DNA of 64,000 nucleotides from Marsupella aquatica. Its lineage: Eukaryota; Plantae; Marchantiophyta. Positions 48,829-61,800 of this stretch are shown one piece after another (within the stretch, counting starts at the first letter, position 1; each line of letters begins with the position of its first letter). A program made the position numbers and the translations under genes. The notes below the pieces were generated by a model, which was not told the DNA's origin, searched no databases, and was given only the letters and a program-made list of their open reading frames with translations. Location: the NCBI GenBank assembly GCA_973895155.1, contig OZ316893.1:25161520-25225519 (forward strand), read 5' to 3'.

Positions 48829-50075
48829 CGCAATTGAGCTGCACGCATAGAATGACTAGCACTACAAATTAACTCTGGCAGGGGCGGATCGAGTGTGGAT
48901 TTGGACTTAGATTGACGAGACTGATTCACAATACGAGCGGTTCTAGTGATGCGCACGTGATTAAAACATTCAGCCGCTCAGGTTGTCGAGTACAGCAGCT
49001 TGGACACCGGCGCGCATCTTACAGGATCGACAACATGATAGACTGATTCCTTAGATTCGGCGATGCTACTTATTAGCTCAGTTCTTCGACCAATCGTCCA
49101 TCCAAGTACAAGTAGTCAGATGAGCTTTGGTTTCATAATCGAGTACAGTACTGTGGATGAGGGTGAACGGACAAATAGTACTTGCACTATCTGAATCTGC
49201 CGTCTCGACGGCAGCCACGGCTCCCGATCTCTTCAGCTCAGATTTCATGAATTCAGCTGTACGAACATTCAGTAGACTCCTTTGCTATCTCTCTCCGAAA
49301 TAGACTGCCATGAATGTTGTGTGTGAGAGGAGAGAAGCATCACCTTGTAGAAAGATGTCAACTATGAAACTCGCACTGGACAAGCAAGAAAACCGTACAG
49401 CAAGGTCAAACAGTATGCACGATCTTGCGTCGACATATTATCATGCAGCAACGTTAGCATTCCAATTTCAAAAGAGAAAGACTCACTACGTACCGAATGC
49501 ATTTCGTCATTACAATCGATTTTTCCTAGACAGGCCAGCTGTTTCTCTCCGTTTTGACTTGGATATGATTGCATCGTGACAACCACCATACACTTACGCA
49601 GCCTGAAAGTCCACTTTCTGTGATGTTATTCTATTCTACTCCCCTTTCGTTTTGCTCGTTTGTTTTATCTATTCAACTACGGTGTAAGCGTTTTTTGGGG
49701 GCAGGGAGAGGAGTGAAGTGCATTTTCTGGTGTGATTGGTTAAATCACACCAGGTATCTTGGATAAAAGCCCTGCGGCCGAGGATGAGCCCCATTTTGAG
49801 ATGGGCAGGACTTCATTCAAGATTTATGCACAAAATACAGAAAAAAATTGCCCCCACTCTATATATCATCCTCGGAAGTTATATCTGAGCAATCTCAAAA
49901 GTTCGTCCAGGGCCTTCCATGGGATTTCATTGCTTGACTTCCCGCTGTGTGCAAATCTCTGAATGAGGTCCTCCAGAGACTATCAGTTAGTTCTATAGCC
50001 CGCCTTGTAAGCCATGATGTACTTACTCAGTCCGTCCGTTCGTTGTACTCGTGATATGTAACTGCATCGAACGGA

Positions 50076-53000
50076 ATGAACTTACGAGGTCGATCTTTCT
50101 CTTGTGTTGATGTTGGGTTTATGACACAGGAAATGCCGACAGAAAGTCGCGGGCGGACTAAACAAAGCTTAGACACTAACCATGGAGGAAACGGATCGAC
50201 ATGTAAGCCGCTATGTATCTCTTGGACCATTTACAGAACTAACCTCACAAACATGAGTAATGAGTTGTGTGCGTCACCCGATGTTAGTAGTCAAATGTCG
50301 TCTTTGACTACAGAAGGATGTAGCCTTTGAAGCTCAAAAGCCATGCATGGTCTAGCTAGCTAGAGACAATTCTGTCATTCAGAGAATTTTCCTCTAACAG
50401 TGGTTGCAATTCTTCATTGCAGCTCCCACTAAAACGGAGACCTCCGCAGTATCGAAGGATGCGCCAAATCGTCCAGGTTCAAATGGCGTCCGTCGCCTTA
50501 GAAGGCCAACGTTGACACAAGCAATGTCCGCAGATAATTCTCCTACGAGAGCAACGTTCAGTCGATCCTCAGGGAACCGGCCAGTGAAGGACTTCATCAG
50601 TATACACGAAGAGTTGATGAATCAAACTAGAGGGAAACCTACTGTCGTCGAAAATGGCAATGGTCGCCGACCGACAAGGGAATCGAGAGCCCCAGCCGGG
50701 GTTCCACCACACAGTAAAAGTACATCAAACAGCAAGCGGGAGTCATTAGAACACCCTGTGCCGAATTATCAGCACTCGGTGAGCGAAATCACCGAATTAC
50801 CACCTTCGGCTAGAAAGGAGGATCCGGTCCCCAATGATCACGTGCCAAAGACCCAGGTGCAAATGTTGAAGGAGAGGACGGCTTCCTCGAAAGATATCAA
50901 TCTAAGACCATCCACTGCAGCTAAAAGAGTTGGAAAAGACAGTGAAGATATTGGTGTCGACAAGAAAAATGGTCTTGGTTTGCACTCTGCGTTCGACAGG
51001 AAATCTTCGCCTGCTTCTCCAAATCGTCGTCTTAGCCAACCTTTAACTCACACCGGATCGAGTAGCTCCTCAGGGGCCAAGAGAACAGAACAGCCTGACT
51101 CTAGCTCTAGCAGTACAGCCTCTATACAAGATGAAACAGCGAGCTCCGAGGGAAGCAACAATGGCAGCAACCCCTACTCGAAGCAGGACGCTGCCAAACT
51201 TAGTACCGCAAGCTCTAGAGTTCATAAAAGTAAACCCCAGAGTAAGCCCAGCAGGAACGACGGGGTTTTAGAGTTTGAATTTAACGCAGGGTACCTTAAC
51301 CCTCAAGCAAAGTCAGGTCGCCGAGACGTTTCACGGGAAAAGGAACCAACTAAGTCTGCAATGCGATCATATGCATGGCACGAAGACGCTAATGAAATTA
51401 GGATCGAATTTGATGCAGCTGACGATGGCCGCCTTAGAAGAAAACGTAGCAGTGGTGGATATCCGAGGCAGGAAGATGCTTCTGACCTTAAAAGTGGCTC
51501 AAGGGGAATCAGTCCCAGTAAAAGGTTTGATTCCAAGAAAGATAGTCTCTCTCGTTTTCCTACCAGTAGACGCGAAAGTAGTGGAAGCTTGAAGCAGGAC
51601 GATCAAGCAGGAAGTTCCCACAGACATCGAAGGCAAGGTAGAGGGGGTAACTTGAGACAGGACGATACAGCTAACTCTGGGGCCGGCATAAGGGAAGGTA
51701 GGATCAATAACAGGACGTTCGATCTTGTAAATGGTCGTTCTGGTAACACCCTTAAAAGGAATTATCGCAATGTCAGGTGGCTACTTAACGGGGTTGCTGC
51801 TGCAAGTTACAATGGAGGTTGGCTCCCCTATGACGGAATGGTCCCTTATCCAGATGATATCGCCAGTCTCAACAACTTTCTGAATGACTGCAGAAATGAG
51901 GCAGAAGCAGGTGTACCCGGGAGATTTTTAACGGTTGTCCTCGGAAATGAGAAATCAGGTAGACCATCGGGATTTCATTAGTATATGAGACGGTAACACA
52001 TAAGTCGAGATTTAGGGTAATTAGACTGTCTAGATTAATCAGAAAGTATACCTGAATGGTGATGAGAACTTCGTCCAAAGTTGTTGATAGATTAATATGA
52101 GTCACCGACTCAAACTATTTCCGGGCTTAATTGCATGCAGATCTAGATTCCATTGTGTCCACAATCACGTATGCCTATTTCCTTTCTTCAACTGGAGGCC
52201 AAGACCCGGGTCAAGAAAACCAAGTTTTTGTTCCTGTGCTGAATATGCGACAAGAAGACTTGGTGCTACATACGGAAGCAGTTTGGCTATTCAAGGTCGC
52301 CGGGGTTGACACATCGAAGTTTATTTTTGTGGATCAGGTACGGGTCCACCCTCTCATGTTCTCAACTGTCCTCCTGAATACAGTTCTGTCCGTCATTTAC
52401 ATCAACAGCTGCCACACATTGATGATTACATACCATTCGTTCATGATTTGACTTGCTACAAGTATCGTGAGAGGTCCATGCCTTACTAAACCAAGCCTGG
52501 CGGGTCTGAATGAGAAGTGAACGATGTGATGCAGATGAGCTTACAATATTTCCATAGATTTGGCAACTTGAAACTTGTGCTGGTGGACCACAGTAGGTTG
52601 GCTCCACATCAACAGGTTGGTTTTCGTGACTAGTCACTCGGAATGACGATAGAAGATTCCAGATCCATATGATTCACTAGTCTTGATTCTGTTATCTAGA
52701 TCCAGTCATTTTGTAGAGCAAGCCAGCGTGGGTAGCCCAAAGTGAAAAAACATTGACTTGAATTCTACTGTTATGCATTTTGCAGACTTTGCAAGACGCC
52801 GTGATCGAGATTGTGGATCACAATTTGGTAAGTTCTGATTTCTTTTACACTTCGAAGTCTAGCCTCTATCATTTGACAAATGCTAGAGGGTTGGTTAGAT
52901 GCAATCTCCCGGATCATAGTTTGCTACAGAGTGAATTCAGCCTCAGTGCTTAATGCTTGACCTCCTATGTAAGGCTAGGTAAGCCGGAATTGTGGTCAAT

Positions 53001-55348
53001 GTATCATGAGTGGGAGTAACTTTCAAAAGAATGAATCATGAGACGGGTAATCCTAGTGCCTATTCAACTGGCTCAACCTGTGGTTCAATCAGATTTCAGA
53101 AAGGCCTGTTAAAACGAGTCCTCAACTTCTTCGAGTGTTTAGGATGACGGTCTCAAAATACGACCTGGGTCAAATACTCTGAATATCGGAACTTTTCCAG
53201 GACTGCTCTTTTAATTCATGCCACATACTGTCGTGTAGCCAATTTTGCTGAAAGGAATCTCTTCTGTAGAGCTTGTTGTTGAGTTATAGTCGGAAAAGCA
53301 GTATTGAGGCTTTTTCCATGGGATTCTGAATCAACCTGATGTTATTTACAGATTGACGAACTTTACTCATGGGTTCGGACTAAAGACATTCAACAGGCAA
53401 GCTCCTTTTGTCACAATCAAGTCCTTTCGCATCGGTGAGACGTGTTAAATATCAAACCAATTTAATGAAGTAAAATGTCTCCACAGGTTGGATCCTGCTG
53501 CACAATTATTACAGAGAGATTTGCGACAGAAGCTCCGGAGCTACTGGCTGGCCGTGGAGTCAGTCGACTACTGGTAGGACACCAACATGAGGGGCAGCAT
53601 TAATTTTAATTTGTAAATTTGAAGTTCCTCATCTTTGATGCTGTTGACTTGGTATCAAACATTGCCTTATGTGTCCATTGACATTTACTTTACCACTTCT
53701 ATCTCTGCAGCTAGGTCCGATACTTCTTGATACAGCCAATCTGGATCCCACGGCAGCACGTTGTACGTCAAGAGACCAGTGTATGGCTGCGTTCTTAATA
53801 AACGGTGCTGGATGCTATGGCCAACAAGGATTCTTTAAACTCTGTAAGTTTCTCTTCTTCCCCCAAGGAAAATGTATTTCTATGTTCTCATCCTCCATAA
53901 CTTAGGCCATATTTAGGCACAGACTTCAGTTTGCATAAAAACTATTCGAAATAAAATGAAAAGAACATTGGTTAAGATTGACTGATCAACTACCCCTGCT
54001 AATCTTTTGTTTGCTGCCAATATACTGCAAATGGCGGTGCAGTGAGAAAGACGCAGTTCGACGTATCAACGCTGACAACGGTCCAGATCTTGAGAAAGGA
54101 CCTCAAACAATGGACGCTGGGCCCAGGTGAGAATTCCCCAGAAAGATCTTCTTCACTTCCCAGACTTAAATTATACTGATTAATTTTCGCTCGGTTGCAA
54201 AGGGATCCATCATTGTGCAGCAGACCTACAATGGAAGGATAGAAAAGTGACCATCTTGTATGACGCTGAAGCGAATTGTTGTGCCAGGGAAGACTGATGC
54301 AAATGGACTGAAAGGAAGAGTTGTATCAGTGGCCATGAGCACCCTTGGTGTGGCTCTCAAAGAAATCATGACCCGAAGAGGCGTCCTCGAGGACTTGAGA
54401 GTTTTTGGAAGTATGATCGAGGTCTTTCATCTCTCATTTAACAATGAATAATTCAGGCTTGTCATTCTTATTTATCGAAACCTGTCCACAAATTTGTTTT
54501 TCTGTTGTACAAGTAAAGTGAGGTGAGCTGTGGGCAGCGTTTGATCTGCCTTAGACGAGATACAGCACCTACTAGAGTGCACCTGGCGTGTTTACCACTT
54601 GCTGCATGTGATGCATAGTAGATTTCCAGGTGCATTACCAGTGTGGCAGCGAATCACCTTTTGCTGGGTTAAGGACAGCTATCGGGTGCAACAATCGACT
54701 TAAAATTAATTGGATGTCTACTTGTATTAGAATGGTGCGCTTGGGATTGCATAACACAATACTACGATGAATCTAAATTGTTTTAGCGATGCTGACCTGG
54801 GTGTTTGCAGGGAAGTCGAAATTGGATGTGCATTTAATAGTATCTGGCTATTACGACAAAAGTGACCGTTATAAGGTATAGCACATTGCTGGAGGTCATT
54901 CACATACTTCGGAGCTTACAGTGGAGTTTTAAAGTAATTAAGAAGCACTTCTGTCTCTGTATTTTGAGTTGACAAGTTTTATGTTCTGTTCAGAGGGAGA
55001 TCCTTATAGTTCCTGCAGAAGTGGAGCTCAAAGACCACGTCCGCGCATGCTTGAGCCCGCATAAATCGGACTTGCAGCTGTCTTATCTTCTCATTCCAGG
55101 TCAGTGTGGACGTCTCTGCAGTGAACACTTACCGTGTGAATACGCCTCCAGATACTACTTGATTTCTTCAGTCATTGTGATGCAGATGAAGTACAATTGC
55201 CTTCGGTCTCGTTAAGTGTTGCAGGATATTGACCCTTCCCTAACGAATTGCAGGCTTGCCGGACGACATTCTGGTGTATAAACAAGGCCTGGTGACCGCA
55301 TCAAGGACCTTACTTCGTCAAGTCTTAAAGGAATATTTTGAAATGTAA
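50076..55348 (+). CDS. Prune/PPX1-like DHH-DHHA2 family phosphoesterase (exopolyphosphatase-like) with an N-terminal disordered extension of about 500 aa; 13 coding exons
   Basis: Exons 50076-50202, 50423-51958, 52141-52337, 52535-52615, 52786-52827, 53352-53396, 53487-53573, 53711-53843, 54043-54126, 54288-54411, 54811-54875, 54994-55099, 55254-55348. Motifs VVLGNEKSDLDSIVS, FVPVLN, LKLVLVDH, IEIVDHN, VGSCCTII, GPILLDTANL, ILRKDLKQW, YKREIL, ASR. The start exon is least certain. Confidence 0.88.
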
Positions 55349-58300
55349 TGTTCTGTTCTACAACTGGAAAGGTTGCGCCAATTGGAGTTATGAACGCACT
55401 ACCCACCTCGGCATAAACCACCTAGTCAACCACTGTAGATGGAGACCCATGCGACCCGCTTTTCCCCTTCCGTCAAGGATTCCATTTTTGTGTATCATTC
55501 GGAATACGAGCCGGCCTGCTTCCAATCAGCCCTTTGAGATCAAGCCAATGCTGCATATCAGGGCTTACGGACTCGATGGGCTAGCTGTCCGGGCTCAGAT
55601 CCCACTGTGTACCGGTGGATGGTGCCCATTTGGGGTCCAATCTCGTGTTGTGGTCGAAGAGAACCTGCTAAGACTCTGCTATCCAAGGAAAAAAGTTTGA
55701 AGTACTCGAATTACAAAAGCCACGGGAAGTTAATTAGGATCCTGAAGCTAGAAGGCCATAACGAGAGGGCCTATAGTTGTTATTCATTGGCCACAGGTAG
55801 GCCTCCAGACATGCGAATTGTATTCACTGCAAGGATTCGAAACTACTACAGGAACTCTCTGAGAACTCTCGTTTCAGGATTGAGTTCCTCGTCCAGTGAG
55901 AATTGGAAAGGCAACTCTCCCGACACAATGTGTGTTGTAATACTCCCTTGAGGATATCGTTCGCAGCTTGCTCTAATGTGTTGAATGAGCTCGTCAAGAG
56001 CAAAGGCAAGCACCGAGATCGATATAATTATGCATAGCAAGAAAAATCAAAACTCGTCTCAAACATGTAAGCTACCAAAAAGAAAACGCTTGATGCTTTA
56101 AATTGCTCTGCATCGCTGACAAGATCCACAGAAATCAGCGCTTGAGATGACCTCAAGACACACTCTAATATGAAGACCTCATTTTTGCTGTTATAAAAGT
56201 AGTTTATAGGGAAGAGGGAAGAAAACTGAGATGTCCTTAAAAGCAATGTCTCAGTTGAGCGAAAGGTTCATGGATACTGAAGGAAGTACTCCCTAAAACA
56301 ATGTCATCTCCTATTGTAGAGATGAACATGGATACAGAGAATACTGTTGATATTTGTAGAAGATGGTCAATCTTTCACAGAGCGACTCATGAAACTCTAA
56401 TTGAGGTCGTGGGCGGTGCTGTGATTGTCGACTTAGAGCCAAGCACATCCTCAAGCCATTCAGGCAGTTTCAGTTTATTAAAATCTTGAGTTATTCAGCG
56501 AGAGACACGCTCAACTCACCGTCGATCCATGTGTGAGAAGAAGTAGACTCACCCCATTTGGCCACATTAGTGACAACTCTATTGACTTCTCTGTTACTGG
56601 CCCAACCTTGAGTTTGTTCTCTGGGTTGAGTCAAGGCTGGGTAGAGACCAAGAGCCACTTTACATGCCTCTGTTCCAAATGTGAGGTTCCTTTCCCAACC
56701 CTGGAAGTCAGCCCCTTGGCACTCCAAAACAAGTGAGTTGAGTGAAGCTCAGGCCCATCCCAATACCACCACCCATGCAAGCTTTAGAATCCTATCTTAC
56801 TGAAAAGTTTGGGCTTGATCAATGGAGATCAGCTCAAATCTGCATCCATCTACTGTGGTTTCTTTTTATTGTCTTTTTGTTCAACTTTGAACCAAAACTT
56901 TCTAAAAAATTTCGGAAGTGTACTAGCCATAAATGTACAACCTCTTTGCATATGCATACGCCCCCTTTGTCACAATGGTTCTTAGCCGTGGATCCCCACA
57001 TAGTGACAAGCAATCAAAACTTTGAAGGAATAAATTTCAATCCACAGAAAATTTTGTGTAGCATTGATCAAATGATTTTTTTTTAGTGCCCAATCTTTTT
57101 TCTTGTGTGTCGTTTTGACTATGCAGACGCATTAGTCATCTCTAGTTAAGGTAGTTGATTAGATAGGTTTATTAACTTCAGTTTGAGAACTTTGCGACCT
57201 AGTAACAAAGTTTGAAAACTCTTGTATATTTGTTTCTTTGTAGACAGTTTTGTTTATGGTTATTTGCGTAACCTCTAGGCTAGCCTAACTACAAGGTTAA
57301 GAGACTTAGGTGAAAATTTTCTAATGAAAATGAAACAAAAATACACGGTCATCTCCAACCATGACGCAATTTTGCTCAGTATCCACTATACTACCCAATA
57401 GAACTCTTTTTTTGCAAGTTTGTACCCCAAAGGTACCCTGCATATATTGCTAAAGGAATCAATCACTCGACCTCCACATTTGCCACTGAAAGCAACAGTC
57501 TGCATTCCCATCCCAAAGAGTTTGACAGCTTTCTGCCTTCCACTTAGCATTTTTTGCAAACAATTGCCAAATTTCACCTTGGTCACTGAAAAGTATTCCT
57601 CATTTTTGCAAAGGTTGTTTTTTTTTGTCTTTGATCCCTCCTAGCGACATGCGGATTAGAACAAATAGCCCTGACGGACAGAGGGGTTTGCTCATGCTCT
57701 CTTTCTTTGGGGCATTATGGTACACAACACCCTATATACAGGACTTTACTAGGGGGTCTCAAAACTAAAAATTTGATGGACCTTAACTAGCATAGTCAGG
57801 AACTTAGTAGTGAAGGCTACCCACAGAAAAGATAATGGACTATCATTTCATGATCCATAACTTCTTGCCATAAATATGGGTCATCTGCCATGACCATAAG
57901 TCACTCTAGAGGCTAGAGAAAAGGGAAAACTTTTACATGACCCTGTGAAGCTATGGCCATTGGTTTATGGCCCAGAGCCATACTCCTTAACTATGAAGCT
58001 CTGAGACACCCTAGGTACACAAATTTGTACATAGTCCAAAGACCAATTAAGTTACTATGTACACAAATTCCAACGGCCATAGCTTAAGCTGCTACAGTCA
58101 CCAGAGCTAAACTAGAAGGTAATCTACACGGAGGTGGAATGTGTGAACGTGGGGAAGCAGTATTCTATTTTCAGCTCGGAATGACGTCCTCACTTTTCTG
58201 CTCCACATCACAGCAAACAACACGCGGTCCATATTCCAGCATTGTCAACACCAAATCTGAAGAGGCACTTTTCAGTTTCACGTTTTTTTTCTAGAAGTGC

Positions 58301-58879
58301 CACTTTTCATTGTATCAAGACCAGACCGAAGGTCAGAAGCGCCTTTTACAGTGTGAACGAATTACGACGGCCGTCGATTCGATGAAATTCCTTGAGAAAT
58401 TGGGACGAGTGGAAAATTCTGCAGAGGAGCTTCGGTGTACTGTAATTGTTTCATCTTGTTAGTGCAGAATTGAATGAACTTGGACTTCCATTTCTGCTAA
58501 ATTCTGTGATCGGTCGTAATTGTCGTGGTGTGAGGGATCTGGTTGGCTGTTTCTCGAGATTTCCATGTTTGTTTCAGTAGTCCAATTTCTTCATCAATCT
58601 TTCAGTCTTTCAGTTTTTTCTTTTTCTTTTTTCCTTTTCCACAACATCAAAAACTTTCTTCATCAGGCTTTTACGTCAATTGCGGATACTGAATAATTAT
58701 AATGGAATGCACCTGTATATTTTGTGTGTGATGTTCCAATTTCCAATGTGCTTGCCTCCACAGCCTTCGTCATCAGTTCAGTTGCGAAGACCTTGCTCGT
58801 TTGGAGACCATTTGACCTCGTTCGCTCATGTCTCATATTTCACATGAGATGTGTTAGCTGACCGAGCCTCTAGAGCGGA

Positions 58880-61800
58880 ATGGCTCTGGTTGTCACAGAC
58901 TGTAGGAGATGGCAGGGGCACCGGCCGCTATTAATTCTGCCGCTCAATGCTTTGAGCCAATCCCGGTTGCCGTTTGTTCCCAAGATTGTTGTATCGTACT
59001 TTGGTCGAAAGCAAACAAGCCTTCGCTTCAACAAGAGTGGAATGAAGATAATTGGACGATTACAGAGGAACAGCTTTCTACGCATTCCATTTGAATTGAA
59101 GTCGGGACGGTCGGTGACCAGATTTTTTTCAGAATTCGGTTCGAACAGTAAATTCAGCGACGGAGGGCAGCAGACGGATGAAGGTCACCGACCTCCATTT
59201 GATTTGGACTTGGGTGTCCTCCTGGCGGGATTTGCTTTCGAGTCATACAACACCCCAGAAGTAAATTGCTTTTTCGTCTCATATTTCCTAATTGCTCGTT
59301 TGTTTCTCTCATACTGTTTTGAACTACTTTTCATTCGATCCCTACAACCTCCTGCCAGATATCCCTTGTAATTTCAAGTCATGTGACCGTTATCCAGCAC
59401 GAGTGAGTCCAGTAGCTCTATGCTCATGTATATGCTCAATGCGCATTATTCTGGTGAATCAGCACTTTCTGGCTTCTTGCCACTTCTCTGTGTCCCATTT
59501 GCCTGTCGGGCTCATGAAGTTTGAATCGGGGTTTGAATCGATGAAATCAGTAATCTATACTTATTATCGTCTCGTCCTGGAATTCTCCTTCTTGCATACT
59601 CCTTACTACATTCAAATTGCATCCCGTGGGCCAATCGATCCCTGCAACTTTAACGTACTGTTCATTTCATATCTCCTTGTTGCTTTCTTTGTTCCTCATC
59701 AAGGTTACATTACAGGACAGTAAGAAATCACTTTCTTTTGTTTGATGAAAACAAAAAGTCTAAAAGTTGTTTTTGTGTCCACAGAAAAATGTGGGTGTTT
59801 TCGAGACGGATGGACATGAATGTGAGACAACGTATCTGTCAAGGTATGCCATCTCCTTTAAAGTATTGACCTGTACCCGTGGTCTGCTATTTCATGATTT
59901 GATAGGTCCTGTACAGGAACCTAAACACATGTTCTGGAGCACATACTCTTCGATACTGGCATACCATTAAACTGGAAAGGAAACCTAGAGGAGGTCTGTG
60001 TTCATTGACAATTGCTCTATAGAAGTAACGAGAGGAAATAATCTGAGATATATTCGCCTTTGATAGCAACCTTTAATACAAATGGAGAGTTGGAGGCTAG
60101 TGACCACTCCTGCGGTTTCTCTCTCTCTTAGGACGTGAAGAATTCAACAAGTTACGTTGTGCGATTCTAGTCATTACTAGCAGCTGCGCACTTTACCTTC
60201 AATGTCTCCGATTTCAGAATCCTTAATTCACTAACCACCTTTTTTGGAATTCCACCAAATGACGGTGGAATTTGTTTGTGTCACCAGTGAGTTTATTAAG
60301 TCAATCTACGATGGACAGCTGTTCGTGAATTTAATCAAAGGGGTTCATTTCCCTGGCTTAGATCTCTGGGTCAGATTCTCATTCACCTTGAACTGGTTGA
60401 ATTCTCAACAAAGGAAATAGCTATTTCATTGTGAAGATCGTATGTTCACAACCATCTTTGATATAACACATGCCTTTCTTCACCTAATTCCGATTTCATA
60501 TCTGGAACGACAATTTTTAAAAGTAGTTTCGGATTCTGGCTGTTAGCTATTCGTTGTTGCCTTGGTGAAAATTGGAATCATGGATTATCTTAACTGCCGA
60601 GCATCATGAAAGCTACCTTTTTGTTGGACGCAGGGCACCAGCGACCCCTATGTGGTCTTACGCATTGGAGACTGCTCTGTCCGAAGCAGGACTATATGGG
60701 CGTGAGTTACTATAAGATCTCTGGTGTTCTGCGCCCCCCCTCATTACTGCAGATAATGTGAAGTAAAGGCTGCAAAAAGGAGAAGACCCTGATTAAGCAC
60801 TGCGCTTTATTGGTGCAATTGTCACACTGATGTGTATATTCTCTTACCGAGTTCTTCATTCCTATTTCAGAAACAAGGATCCTGTCTGGAATGAGAAGTT
60901 GACTCTCAATATTCAGACGTCTGCGGGACCGAATATGCAGGTAAGATAATTGACTCTGCAGGAGTCAGAAGCTGGGTTTGCAGGTATTTCCTAAGCTCAT
61001 GAAGACGGCACCTAGGTCATATCTCGGCTTCCACTTAATGATAATCTCCCAGACTGTCTCCAGAAGACAGAAATCTCTGCCACAGTCCCCTCTTTGTTTG
61101 TTCTTCCGGGCAGTAACAAACTGCCCTAGAACCGATTAGGAGAAAAGTCGCAAGCTTGCATACGTCCCTTCGTATGAATGGCAAGGCTTTGCCTCCATTA
61201 CGTTCACTATTCAAGCAGAGGGTGTGCTTTTGTCACAAACGTTCCGAATTTGAGGTTCTTAAGAATGCCAATATCCTTGACATGGGTCCGTGAATGTGAT
61301 ATTAAGTTCTTTCTTCAGGAGTTTCGAAGCAATTTGAATCGTTTGTTTTGGATAGGTAGCAGCTTGGGATGCAAATGTGGTCACCTCACCACGAAGGCTG
61401 GGAAACACTGCTGTGAGTTTGGATACTCTTTGTGACGGTAATTATCTGTACAATCTGTCGAGCTGTTTGATACCGTTATCTCACCGTGAAGCCGTCTGTC
61501 TATCTACCAATTCCGAACATTGAACTGCAGACATTCCCCCAATTCAAATATAGCCTGAAGTTCTTAGCTGAATAATTTTAACACTAGCAGACTGCAACTG
61601 CGATGAGATGTTCACATGCTCATTATACTTGTCCTCTGTTCAGGTAAGCAGCACAGTTTGGAACTAGATCTCGAGGGTATGGGTGGAGGAGGACGATTGT
61701 TTCTTGAGGTACCTTTCACAATAGAAGCTACATTCGTCAATGACTCCAATTGGCACTGACATAGAATTTCAAACACCTACCGTTTTGTAGAGAGGTCAGG

